Shown here: positions 19,347-29,500 of the stretch, one piece after another
Layout of the letters: each line of letters begins with the position of its first letter
Position numbering within the stretch: position 1 is the first letter of the stretch
DNA from: a virus
Taxonomy: Duplodnaviria > Caudoviricetes
DNA: 64,000 nucleotides
IMG/VR virus record: IMGVR_UViG_3300021197_001596
Span: 1,535 to 65,534 of that record
Strand: one strand, 5' to 3'
Notes under the pieces: model-generated
Databases searched by the model: none
What the model was told of the DNA's origin: nothing
Seen by the model: the letters and a program-made list of their open reading frames with translations, nothing else
Program-made: the position numbers and the translations under genes

Positions 19347-20594
19347 TTATTGTTTCATTTTAATTTTTAAACGACTAAAATCATCTCCACTAACTGCTTT
19401 AACTTGCATTCCCGCTTGTGTTGTAACATTTTGATGTGTACCACGGGGGTTCATATCTATGTTTTTAGATTTAGCCATACTGTTTTTAACAGCATCAGCT
19501 TTTCCTTGTTCATAAAAATGATTTGCAATTGCATCAGCGTTCATAGCTGTAAATAAAGCTTTGTGATAACCCGCCGCATCTTTCATATTATTTTTTTCAT
19601 CAACAAATCTGCTGACTAATGAATTAATATCAGATTGGGATTCTTGCACATTATTTACATCTTTTACTTTAAATCTATATTTGTCTTCTCCAACTTTGTA
19701 TTCAAAACCTTTGAAGTCGTTGGCAAACAAGTCACTTGTTTTTTGTTCAAATATAGACCGCTGCTGTTGAGATGTTTCTTGCGTTTGTTTATAATCATCA
19801 TAAAACTGAACCGCTTCTTTCTGTTGTAGAGTTAACTTTGAGCTTAACTTAAGATCGTCGTAATATTTACTCTTTAAATTAGTTAGAGTTGATTTAGCTT
19901 CTGCGATAGATTCTTTTAATGCTAGTTTTTTTCTTCGAATATCTCTTTCATCATCTGTTTCTTCATCATATGAAAAAGAGTCTTCAATTAAAAAACTTAT
20001 TTCTTCCTCATTCAAGTGAGGTTTAGACTGCCTATAGTGTTCTCTTAAAACATCCATATCAGCCATATCGGAGTAATCTTTATTAAGATTAACATAATCT
20101 TCAAGAGTTCCTCCTGTTTCTTTCATAAAATCAACAAGCTTATTTACATTTTCCGGTAACTCGTTGACTTCTTGATTATTATTTACGTCTTCTGACTCCT
20201 CTTTAAGCTTATTAGGAATATCTTTTATTTTATCCGCTAATGTTGCTTCTTCTCCTACCTCTTTTTCGTCTTGTACGAGCTCGAGCACCCCATTTTCATT
20301 GTCAACGGTGTTGCTTTCTCCGGTAGGTTCTTCATTTGTTTTTTCGGCGTTTTGCTCTTGTACTTCTCCGCTAGTTTCGGATTGGTCGCGTACAGAAACC
20401 TCATCTGGGCTTTGCTCTTGAACGGCATCGTCGTTTTTGTTTAAGTTTCTAAAATCTACTTTAATCATTCCGTCATCATCAACGGATACGTTGCTAGGCC
20501 TTTCTGGCTCTTTAGCAATTGGTTGTTTTTCTTCTGTTTGTTGTTCAACAGCATCTTGTACTGTTTCTTCAACTTGATTTGTTTCTTCTGCCAT
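19347..20594 (-). CDS. Capsid scaffolding protein (415 aa)
   Basis: Very acidic, disordered N-terminus followed by helical coiled coil; lies between portal and major capsid genes. Confidence 0.75.
   Translation of the reverse strand: MAEETNQVEETVQDAVEQQTEEKQPIAKEPERPSNVSVDDDGMIKVDFRNLNKNDDAVQEQSPDEVSVRDQSETSGEVQEQNAEKTNEEPTGESNTVDNENGVLELVQDEKEVGEEATLADKIKDIPNKLKEESEDVNNNQEVNELPENVNKLVDFMKETGGTLEDYVNLNKDYSDMADMDVLREHYRQSKPHLNEEEISFLIEDSFSYDEETDDERDIRRKKLALKESIAEAKSTLTNLKSKYYDDLKLSSKLTLQQKEAVQFYDDYKQTQETSQQQRSIFEQKTSDLFANDFKGFEYKVGEDKYRFKVKDVNNVQESQSDINSLVSRFVDEKNNMKDAAGYHKALFTAMNADAIANHFYEQGKADAVKNSMAKSKNIDMNPRGTHQNVTTQAGMQVKAVSGDDFSRLKIKMKQ
20255..20428 (-). CDS. Small basic protein nested in +1 frame of the scaffold gene (57 aa)
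   Basis: MPFKSKAQMRFLYATNPKLAEKYKSKTPKKQMKNLPEKATPLTMKMGCSSSYKTKKR*; A-rich leader TTAAACAAAAACGACG; matches the MPFKS..Q....A..P..A pattern I recall from small phage proteins. Confidence 0.7.
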   Translation of the reverse strand: MPFKSKAQMRFLYATNPKLAEKYKSKTPKKQMKNLPEKATPLTMKMGCSSSYKTKKR

Positions 20595-20611
20595 GATATA
20601 ATATTATAAAA

Positions 20612-23035
20612 TTAACGGGGTTCAAATGATTCTAAGTTAAAGCCGCTCCCCATGGTGTCATTACCAGCTGACTCAAACTCTTGCTCTCCTTTTTTATCTT
20701 TTCTTTGTTCAATAAGTTTTGATTGTTGTGAAGCTTGTATTCTAGTTCTTTCGTCTTTACGATCTTCTTTATATTGTTCTCTATTAGTGTATACTTCACC
20801 TTCTTTATCTTTCAATGCAATATTAAGATCAAACTCAAATCGCATAAGTTCTTTCTTAAGTTCTTTTTCATTTTGCATTTTCTGCATTTCAAGATCTGCT
20901 TCAATTTGTGCAAGCTCTGCTTTTTGTTGTGTAATAGACTGATTCTTTTTAATTTCCATTTCAGCGGCAACCTGCGTATTTTGGGAATTTGCATTTGCTT
21001 GTGCTTCAATGTTTTGTTGCTGGCTTGCTTGATCTTGCTCTAGCTTTTTGCGTCTTCTAACTTTTAATAATTGATTAGCGAGCTTTATATTTTTTATTTC
21101 TCTAATATCAATAGCATCTTCTAAATAAACTTGATCTTTAGCTAAAGCTTGTTGAATATTATTTTCAAGCATTTGTTTTTCTTCTTCGTCAGGAGATAAC
21201 TCAATAAATATACCGAAGTCATGCAAATGCATATTTTTAATATCGTCTAAAGTAGCCACATTAAATCTACCAATACTTGATATAAACGCATCTCTAGTCG
21301 GAGAAAACTCTAATACATCTGATATTCTTAAGCTTACAGCCTCCGCTGTTTTAGCAGCCAAATATAAACTTGACTGTAGTATATGCCTTGTAGCCGTATT
21401 TGAATTAGCGGCTGCAAGTTTTTGTACGCCAACTAACGCGTTTTTATCTGGTAAAGAACCGTCGCGAGCTTCATTTAAACCGGTTACATCACGTATCATT
21501 TGTAAATAATAATTATAAGTATTAATAAGTGAACCTATTTTATTATTACCTCCATTAGATGTAAGCTCTTGTATTGGCATGCGGCCTGGATTCATATCAC
21601 CTTCTTGTGTCATTGATCTACCAATAACAGAACCTGTCTGGAAAAACATATTCAATGCTTCCTGTGGGTTGTAATTTGTACCGTTACCTAAATCAATTTC
21701 AGCTAAGCCATCGGCATCTAAATAAACTCCATCAGGTATCATTCTTGCCATTACCTGCTGCAGCTTTAAATGTGTAAGCTGTATCATATCAGCAAATCCA
21801 GTAATTCTACTTACTAATGATTCAATACGACCTTTATATATACGAGGGGCTACAACATTATAGTTTAACATAACTTTTGTTGTATCGCTTTTAGGACGAA
21901 CCATATTTTTTGCAATTTCCCATTTAAGTAACTGTTGAGTTCCTAAAACAAAAGCACCATCATATACAACCTCAATTGATCTTGATTCTTTGCTAAATAA
22001 GGATCTATTATCTTTAGGTGGGTTAAATTGATCGCTTTTAGGTATTGCTTTATCAGCACCAGTTGCTGTTTTCTTTATTTTAAATACTTCGTTATTATAT
22101 GTTTTGTAATTAAAATACAATATTTGTATTGTATTAACATCTAATACAGAGTCTTCGTTTATATATCTATTATGTGAGGCTGATGTTTGTACTCCTTGTT
22201 TTGATAAATTTGCAAGGTCTTCATCAGTTAAATGAGGAAATTGTTGCTTTAACTCATTGATTGTTACTGATTTAACTTCTCCAACATAGTATATATCATC
22301 AAAATATGGTGAATGAGTATAAGAATAAACCACATCAGAAGGATCAACATATTTTAATTTTATACCTTCAGAATTAGTAAATTCATTTTTAACACAACCA
22401 ATACCTATAACAGCCAGGTCATAATTAATACGACGCTGAGTTAAGTCATAGTTATTAGAATTAAATATAGAATTTATTGCTTGCTCTTCTGCTATTTCAA
22501 TAGCCTGCTTATACTCTAGTTGCATGTGCAATGCTAGTTCATCTTCGTTTTTGGGCAAGCTGTCTCTATCGTTGCTATACACATTAAAACCAAGCTGTTG
22601 CTGAATTTGATCAGATATTTCTTTTGATTGCATATCTGCTAATACAGATTCAACATAGTCTGTTCTTTGTTTTACAGAGGAAGGATCTTGAGAAAAAGCT
22701 TTAATATCATAAAGCCTATCAGACATTCCATTAACAACTATATCAACAAACTTTGGGATAATTGGTACTGGTTTCCAATCTAAATTAAGATATGATAAAT
22801 CACCATTAATAGATAATTCATCTTTATATTTTTTTACAGATTGTTCTCCTCTTGCATATAAGCGAAGACGGTGATACTCATCTCTATTAGAGTAAAATCG
22901 CGTTGCACCGCTATCTCTTTTGAACCACTCGTGTTCAATAGCACGCGCGACTTTTAAACCATACTCCTCGGTTGCTTTCTCTACGTCAGATGCTATCTGA
23001 CTAGGGAATGAGCTTTTTAATAATGTTTCTGCCAT
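20612..23035 (-). CDS. Portal protein (807 aa)
   Basis: Follows the terminase; PIIPKFVDIVVNG and IRDVTGLNEARDG motifs; long C-terminal coiled-coil barrel. Confidence 0.85.
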   Translation of the reverse strand: MAETLLKSSFPSQIASDVEKATEEYGLKVARAIEHEWFKRDSGATRFYSNRDEYHRLRLYARGEQSVKKYKDELSINGDLSYLNLDWKPVPIIPKFVDIVVNGMSDRLYDIKAFSQDPSSVKQRTDYVESVLADMQSKEISDQIQQQLGFNVYSNDRDSLPKNEDELALHMQLEYKQAIEIAEEQAINSIFNSNNYDLTQRRINYDLAVIGIGCVKNEFTNSEGIKLKYVDPSDVVYSYTHSPYFDDIYYVGEVKSVTINELKQQFPHLTDEDLANLSKQGVQTSASHNRYINEDSVLDVNTIQILYFNYKTYNNEVFKIKKTATGADKAIPKSDQFNPPKDNRSLFSKESRSIEVVYDGAFVLGTQQLLKWEIAKNMVRPKSDTTKVMLNYNVVAPRIYKGRIESLVSRITGFADMIQLTHLKLQQVMARMIPDGVYLDADGLAEIDLGNGTNYNPQEALNMFFQTGSVIGRSMTQEGDMNPGRMPIQELTSNGGNNKIGSLINTYNYYLQMIRDVTGLNEARDGSLPDKNALVGVQKLAAANSNTATRHILQSSLYLAAKTAEAVSLRISDVLEFSPTRDAFISSIGRFNVATLDDIKNMHLHDFGIFIELSPDEEEKQMLENNIQQALAKDQVYLEDAIDIREIKNIKLANQLLKVRRRKKLEQDQASQQQNIEAQANANSQNTQVAAEMEIKKNQSITQQKAELAQIEADLEMQKMQNEKELKKELMRFEFDLNIALKDKEGEVYTNREQYKEDRKDERTRIQASQQSKLIEQRKDKKGEQEFESAGNDTMGSGFNLESFEPR

Positions 23036-23036
23036 G

Positions 23037-25244
23037 CTATTGTATTATTTGCGAATGCAATCCTTTATTATTAAATCTAGAAAATTTTAAATTTACGTTT
23101 TGTTTTTCAACTTTTGGTCTTGGGTGATACAAATGTCTATTACAAGCCATTATTGTTAACCCCGAACTTATAGTTGCATCAAATTTTGTTCTTTTATTTA
23201 TATCAAACTTAGCCCAATCGTTAAGTGTTCTATTAAAATATATATTACCACCCCCGTCTTCATTTATTCCCACGTATTTATTTATGTAAGTTTCAATAGC
23301 AGCGGCGTGGGCTTGTTTAATATCTTCAGATGAATTAGGAATCCCGCCAATTTCTTTTTCTGTTACTGATAGTTTATTCCAAATTTTATCAGGCCTGTTC
23401 ATTGCAAAACCTCTATAACCTCTTCTTTTTAAATGATATAAAAGCCTTGGTTTATTGTTTTCTGCTAGTAACGGCATTCCGTAATAAATAATGGCCATGA
23501 GAACATCTTCAAAAAACATTTCAGCTGTTTGGGGTCGGGCAATATATTCTAAAAAAAACGTATTAGGCGGAGCATCCTCCATACTAAATTTTGTTAATCC
23601 ATGCAAAGATCCCTTAGATCCCTGTCCATCAGTTGTTCCTGATATATCGTAAGAGTCACATCCAAATGCCCCCATGTGCTCATTCCCCGGATATTTAGTA
23701 CCTCCTTTGTTTATTACATTGTTTTCGAGGTTTTTAGGTGGTGTCCATGAGACTAAAAATCTACCCGATCTATTTGGGGTAAACATTACTTTTGTATCCT
23801 TAATACCATTTTCCCAACTAAAACTACCTCTAGTTACAAAACCTTGTCTTTCAAGATCTTCATTATAGTCTATTTGTTCGTATATTTTACTTAAATTAAA
23901 AATACTATTTTTTGCTTCGTCACGGAATGCGTGCTCTTCAGTCCTGGGGAATTGTCTATAATATTCGTTTAAACCATCAGAATCGTGTTTTAATCCCTCT
24001 ACTTCGTTATGCCAAAAATCTATTACCCCTGTATCAATCTCATATCCATTGTTGTCAAAAGTGGCGTTTGTTGGCGTATTAAATACAGGGTGTCCATAAG
24101 TATCAATGTATCCTTCGTAGTTCCATTCCATAGGTATGAACAAAGAATATAATCCTGAGCTAGTTTGGCCATTTTTATTTCGTTTTGTAACATCTGAGTC
24201 ATTATATAACTTTTTAAAGTTTTCACCTCCTTTATCTAAAGAATTTGAAGTAGACCCCATCATACATTTACCTATAATACGACTACCAAGCCTTAATGTT
24301 GTTTTTGTTACACGCCAGTTATTTAATATATTATCAGGTCTTTCCCATTTTCCTGATTCATCATGCACTAGCAACCTTAATTTTTCACCATCATAACTGT
24401 TGTCACCTGTGTTTTTCCAGTCAATAGTTGTATCTAATCCTTCTAATATTTGTTTTTCACTAGTTTCGGTAATCGACTTACGGGTGAGTTTACTTGCGGG
24501 TACCCTGTATGCCAATTCTGTTTTTGGCCGGTCCATTCCGTCTTGTATTGGTTTGAAAAAGAAGGGGTAGTTGACGGATATTGGTACCACCTTGTCTGTA
24601 AACATTTTTTTAGCATCAGCACCAGATTTGGACAATATCCCAAACCGTGCGTCCGTAGTAATTGTTGCTTGAGCAACGGATTCTGCTGAAGACATAAAGG
24701 AAAAACCAGACCTTCTGTTTTTAAGATAGCACATTCCATAAGACCTGACGTCCGCTTTACAAGCCTCCCAGAAGATATAGAAAATTCTATTGGCTTCTCT
24801 GTAGTCTGGCTTCCCAACATCAATCTTGGTGTGTTGCAAGTACATATAATGAGAGCCAGTAATATAAGTAGCGATATTTTTATTATAAAACCAATAACCT
24901 TTATTACGCCTAGTGAATTCCCTATCAATATATGCATACCATTTATTTTTAAAAGAATCAGGATAAGACTCCCAATCAAATATAGTATTTATTTGTTTTA
25001 ATTCTTTTGGATATATATGAGCTTCCCATTTGTCATTAGTATTATCAATGCTTTTAGGTTTTGACGGAAGTGCTATCGCTAAATTCTGTATTTCAATAAT
25101 CTCTCCGATTGTACCATCTTTGCTAATGACTATAACATCAAATTCTTTATTATATCCATATACCCATTTTTTATATCTGTTATTTCTTTTAATAACATTT
25201 TCTTTAATAGGCTTTATTACTTTTATTAGCTTTTGTTCGTACAT
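23037..25244 (-). CDS. terL: Terminase large subunit (735 aa)
   Basis: Walker A-like YLKNRRSGFS, Walker B LLVHDESGKW, coupling motif GSTSN, nuclease GCDSYD and C-terminal KFDATIS. Confidence 0.92.
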   Translation of the reverse strand: MYEQKLIKVIKPIKENVIKRNNRYKKWVYGYNKEFDVIVISKDGTIGEIIEIQNLAIALPSKPKSIDNTNDKWEAHIYPKELKQINTIFDWESYPDSFKNKWYAYIDREFTRRNKGYWFYNKNIATYITGSHYMYLQHTKIDVGKPDYREANRIFYIFWEACKADVRSYGMCYLKNRRSGFSFMSSAESVAQATITTDARFGILSKSGADAKKMFTDKVVPISVNYPFFFKPIQDGMDRPKTELAYRVPASKLTRKSITETSEKQILEGLDTTIDWKNTGDNSYDGEKLRLLVHDESGKWERPDNILNNWRVTKTTLRLGSRIIGKCMMGSTSNSLDKGGENFKKLYNDSDVTKRNKNGQTSSGLYSLFIPMEWNYEGYIDTYGHPVFNTPTNATFDNNGYEIDTGVIDFWHNEVEGLKHDSDGLNEYYRQFPRTEEHAFRDEAKNSIFNLSKIYEQIDYNEDLERQGFVTRGSFSWENGIKDTKVMFTPNRSGRFLVSWTPPKNLENNVINKGGTKYPGNEHMGAFGCDSYDISGTTDGQGSKGSLHGLTKFSMEDAPPNTFFLEYIARPQTAEMFFEDVLMAIIYYGMPLLAENNKPRLLYHLKRRGYRGFAMNRPDKIWNKLSVTEKEIGGIPNSSEDIKQAHAAAIETYINKYVGINEDGGGNIYFNRTLNDWAKFDINKRTKFDATISSGLTIMACNRHLYHPRPKVEKQNVNLKFSRFNNKGLHSQIIQ
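24443..24937 (-). CDS. Candidate nested membrane/lipoprotein in +1 frame of terL (164 aa from ATG 24937)
   Basis: 178 stop-free codons in the +1 frame; hydrophobic IIKISLLILLALIICTC; terL codons here are G/C-ending far more often than in the flanks. Confidence 0.5.
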   Translation of the reverse strand: MHILIGNSLGVIKVIGFIIKISLLILLALIICTCNTPRLMLGSQTTEKPIEFSISSGRLVKRTSGLMECAILKTEGLVFPLCLQQNPLLKQQLLRTHGLGYCPNLVLMLKKCLQTRWYQYPSTTPSFSNQYKTEWTGQKQNWHTGYPQVNSPVSRLPKLVKNKY

Positions 25245-25519
25245 TATTTAGATCTTTTTTCAGCAAACCCTCCAAAACTTTTTTTACTTTCTGCTGGCTT
25301 ATCATCCATAATATTTTTTTCCGCTTCTATACGTGAAAGTATTTCAAAAGCATCGAATATCGCTAGTTTTTTAGTTGCTGCTGCATTTTTTAATCTATCT
25401 GCTGCTAATTCGTCTTCCGCACCATCTACAATTATTTCTTCTTCAGCTACTCTAATAAGTTCGTGTACCGCTTTATATCCAGCTTGGATTATACTCGATT
25501 TCAGTTCCTTCTCTGTCAT
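25244..25519 (-). CDS. Small helical protein upstream of terL (terminase small subunit candidate)
   Basis: Coupled to the terL start; helical ADRLKNAAATKKLAIFDAFEIL. Assignment is positional only. Confidence 0.5.
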   Translation of the reverse strand: MTEKELKSSIIQAGYKAVHELIRVAEEEIIVDGAEDELAADRLKNAAATKKLAIFDAFEILSRIEAEKNIMDDKPAESKKSFGGFAEKRSK

Positions 25520-26069
25520 ATTTAATTGCTATTGAATTTATAGGTACTCTATATAATTTTTCGTTATCAATAACGAACTCATATTCGCTATTCGGCGTAA
25601 AGCCTACTAAATTATCTTCTGAAAGATTAAAGCTTCTTAAATGGCTCCCTAGATACTTTAAAATGCCTATTAATGGCTTTTCTTTTTGCTCGCTAAGCTT
25701 TTTATTTTCAGCTATTGGCTTTACAAAACAATAATCTTCCGGAGTGTACCATTTATTATTTCTTTTATATAAAAATATTTGGTCTATATAACAAAAAAAT
25801 AAATCGTCTTTAAAATAATTACTGCTATTGGTGGCTTTTCCTCGCATATTATAATACCTTCTAAATGTATTATGATGCACAATAACTTCATCGCCTTTTT
25901 GCAATGTAGAATTGTTTATAGGAGTTTCTACAACAACACCTACTCTATTTACGAATTTATGATCCTCTATAGATGTATTTAAAATTAAATTAGAATCACC
26001 TACTTTTTTATTATTAGTATATCTACCATTAATAGGTTTTATAATATAAGCGTGTAAATGCTTCATCAA
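25473..26069 (-). CDS. Tandem GroES-like co-chaperonin protein (198 aa)
   Basis: Two repeats of the Cpn10 pattern: YIIKP...LIL...GVVV...KGDEVIV and YCFVKP...IGILKY...EDNLVGF...EFVIDNEKLYRV. Confidence 0.6.
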   Translation of the reverse strand: MMKHLHAYIIKPINGRYTNNKKVGDSNLILNTSIEDHKFVNRVGVVVETPINNSTLQKGDEVIVHHNTFRRYYNMRGKATNSSNYFKDDLFFCYIDQIFLYKRNNKWYTPEDYCFVKPIAENKKLSEQKEKPLIGILKYLGSHLRSFNLSEDNLVGFTPNSEYEFVIDNEKLYRVPINSIAIKYDREGTEIEYNPSWI

Positions 26070-26287
26070 TATTGTAAATTATATTCAATTGCTACAGCCA
26101 TATTTTTATTAAAAGATTTCCAAGGTAATACCTCTTCATTTTTCATTATAAAAATATTGTATTTATCTTCTTCTTCAATAATTTCTGTGATTGTATGGCC
26201 TCCAAAAACCTCTTGACCTACACTGTAATGCATGGCATCATTTTTATAATCACGCCCAATGCTAATCTTTCTTATTAGATTCATCAT
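26066..26287 (-). CDS. Hypothetical phage protein
   Basis: ORF track; probable start MMNLIRKISIG; stop overlaps the next start. Confidence 0.6.
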   Translation of the reverse strand: MMNLIRKISIGRDYKNDAMHYSVGQEVFGGHTITEIIEEEDKYNIFIMKNEEVLPWKSFNKNMAVAIEYNLQY

Positions 26288-26513
26288 TTTTAATTTTAGT
26301 AAATTTACCAGTCTTAAAATCAATATTTACATTGCCATAAGACTCTTGTAATTCTGCTTTAAATTTATTAAGTTCTGAACTTAAAATATCAAACTTATGT
26401 AAAAGTATGTGTTTTTGTACTTCAACCTGTCCAACTTGCTCTTTTGTTGTTTGAATTACTGTTAGTAGATTTTGTAGTTTAGTTAATTCTTCTGTGTTTA
26501 ATTGATTTTTCAT
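26262..26513 (-). CDS. Small coiled-coil protein (possible fibre assembly chaperone)
   Basis: Heptad-rich, 83 aa, directly downstream of the fibre/adhesin genes. Confidence 0.55.
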   Translation of the reverse strand: MKNQLNTEELTKLQNLLTVIQTTKEQVGQVEVQKHILLHKFDILSSELNKFKAELQESYGNVNIDFKTGKFTKIKNDESNKKD

Positions 26514-26547
26514 AATATAAAATTTAATTTATTAAATATACTAATTT

Positions 26548-29500
26548 TTATGCAAATGCCATGTACATGTATGTGCCATTATTTGCGTTCATAGATCCTC
26601 CTACTGCGCTGCTATCCATACCAAAGCCAGTTGCTGAAGTTAAAATTGAGCTTGTATTTCCTCCGTCAGCTTCTACATCAACAGCGTTTCCCCATAAAAT
26701 TTGTGACATATCACCCGCATTATCTCTAGCAGCATCAAATATTGCCCAATAATTATCACTATCAGAGCGTTTTATCATTACCCATCTTGGTTGGAATCCT
26801 GTGTATATATCATTTACACCGCCCGTTCCATTATAAACACCTATTTTACTATAACCCGGTATACTTCTCCAACAATAACTAATATATTCATTTGAATCGT
26901 TTTTATTAAATTCATTTGCTGATGAAACCCCTGCTGTAAATCCAGTACTTTTATATCCTTGATAAAAAGTTGATGAGTTAGATATATCTCCTTGTGTGCT
27001 TATTTGCATATAATCAAAAAGCTCATACTCTGTCATTCCTCCTACTCCAGAAACCCATGATGTAACATTTGTTAATCCTTTTGTAAAAATTACTTCAGGT
27101 GCTTTTTCCATACCGTGTGGGACTGTAATTCCATTTACACCGGTACCTGTCCACTTAGCAATACTAAATCCTGATTTATCATTTACAGAAACATCTGCGT
27201 GTACTAATGCTCCATAAAATTGTTCTTTTGTTGCATCATAATTTGCTTTAACTTGATCAAAAGATAAAGCAGCGCTGTAAACTCTAGCTTGTGCAAAATT
27301 CATATCTGAATATGCACTAGCATTTAAGCCTATTCTAAAATTAAGATCACCAGTAGTGTAAGCTATAGTTCCAGACACTTGATGAATAAGTGTTAATTTA
27401 CCGTTTTTATAAAATTTCATTATTGAACCATCATACGTAGCTGCCACATGAGTCCATACATTTAAATCAATGCTAGCTCGTGTATCTATAGACGTCCAAG
27501 TACCACCTACATTAAGACCAAATCCATAATTGTCTGTTATATGATGATTATATATCATCCAACCACCAAATGGACTTGTCGCGTTCATTGTACCTATAAT
27601 CCCATCATAAGCACTTGGATGACTTTTCATATAAACCCATCCTTCAATAGTTATATCAGTAGTTCCGCTAGAAATTATACTGCTAGCTGCAGGGCCTTCA
27701 ATATAATCGTTTGATCCGTCTAAATAAACATATTTACCTATATTAGATTTTTTTACTGTGCCCCCTATTAAAGTTCCTGATCTGTTATTCGAAGTTTTAT
27801 CGGTTATTCTATTAGCCGTTATTATTGCATCATCAGCAAGTGTTACATTTGACTGACTTCCATTATAATTAGTAGATAAGTCATTATAGTTTCCATTAAA
27901 ATTGTAAGTTGCTATACACGATGTATCCCCTAATATTTGTAACGTACTATTTTGTGATTGTGTTTCACTATAAAGTTTTTTCACCTCCGCGTCATTGACA
28001 GCTTTATTAAAAATTCTTACTTGGTCCATTGAACCATTTGCATAGTTATTAGAAATATTTCTTTTACCAATATAAAAAGTGGGATTTGTATTATATACTA
28101 TACCAAATTGATTGCCTTGCGCCAGTGAAGATGAGGCAGAAAGGGCATTAACATGTATGCTTGCACCGCTAGAAGTCTTAGTAGCTACGACATGATACCA
28201 TTTTCCTTGTTCTAAAACAACATTGTTACTTATACTGTTTGACGTATTAGGAGATGAAGAGATAATCCAATATAAATGCATTTTATTATCTGAACCTTGA
28301 TAAACCATCCATCCATAAGCTATATTACCAGTTTCATCATATAACCCACCCATAGGTACTTGAAAAGTATTCATTAAGTTTGGTTTCCACCAAAAAGAAA
28401 CACTAAAATTATTTGCTAAAACAGTCTTTGAAATTGATGATTGAATAATACTACTACTCCCATTAAGTACTGCAACTTTATTATCTTTACCCCAGTTAGA
28501 ATCATATGTATCAAAATCATCAATATCATAATTTAATTGAAGATTTGTTTGTAATACGTTAGCTGTTGTACCAACACCTTGATACAATGTTCTTGTAGCA
28601 TCGTAATTAGCTCTAATTTGTGCTTGTGTTAGCACAGCAGTGTACATACGTGTTTGTCCAATTTTGCCATTAAAATAATAACCGCCGCCGCTTCTACCAA
28701 TTCTCATATTAGCTTCATAACCATTTGCAGTTTGAGCATAAGGCGTAAGCGACCCTGACGATGCAATTTTATTTCCGTTTAAATAAACAGTAAAAGTTAT
28801 AGCTGAGCCATATGTTCCCGAATATGACCCTGCAAAACCTTCAGTAACAACAGCTAAATGATTCCACTCGTATCTTGCAGGCACTAAAATATTCAATATA
28901 TTATAGTACCCATTAGCCCCAGGAGTACCTTCAGCTATATTTACATCTATTCTACCTCCATTAGATGTGAAAAAAAGTGGTTGATTTGTTGATGTTGATA
29001 CATCAGAGTTAAACCAAAATTCTGCTGTTACATTTGTTGATGTTAAAGCTAAATTTGTTTGTATATAGTCATTACTTCCATCAAAATCAAAGTAATTACC
29101 GTATGCATTAGTTTTCCATGCGGGACCATTTGTTAATGTACCATCTTTGTCATTTGACGTAAGATCATAAACAGTAGTTCCTGTACCTGAATAAGTATTG
29201 GAATCAGCAAAGTTATAATGCAATGCTAAATTAGATGTAAGTATACCAGCTGATGTATATGTTGGTTTTTTTGTTACAGTTGTATCACCTGCTCTCCAGT
29301 TCCAAGAAACAAATGTGTCGGTATTTTCATTTGTTCCGCTGGCAGAGCCTAAAGTAAAGCCATTATCGTGAAATGCACTAATTCCTTCATCTGATGTATT
29401 ACCGCTAGTTGATGGGCTATAAATAGCATTCCCGGCACCTCTTACTGTATCAAAAAATCTGTGATGCTTAGTATCATTTGTTCTTTTCTTAAGCCATGAC

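Noticed and set aside
20812-21009. Same-strand alternative ORF in the portal 3' region
   Set aside because: Explained by Q/E/K/A-rich coiled-coil codons that rarely create +1 stops; no ATG start or codon distortion.
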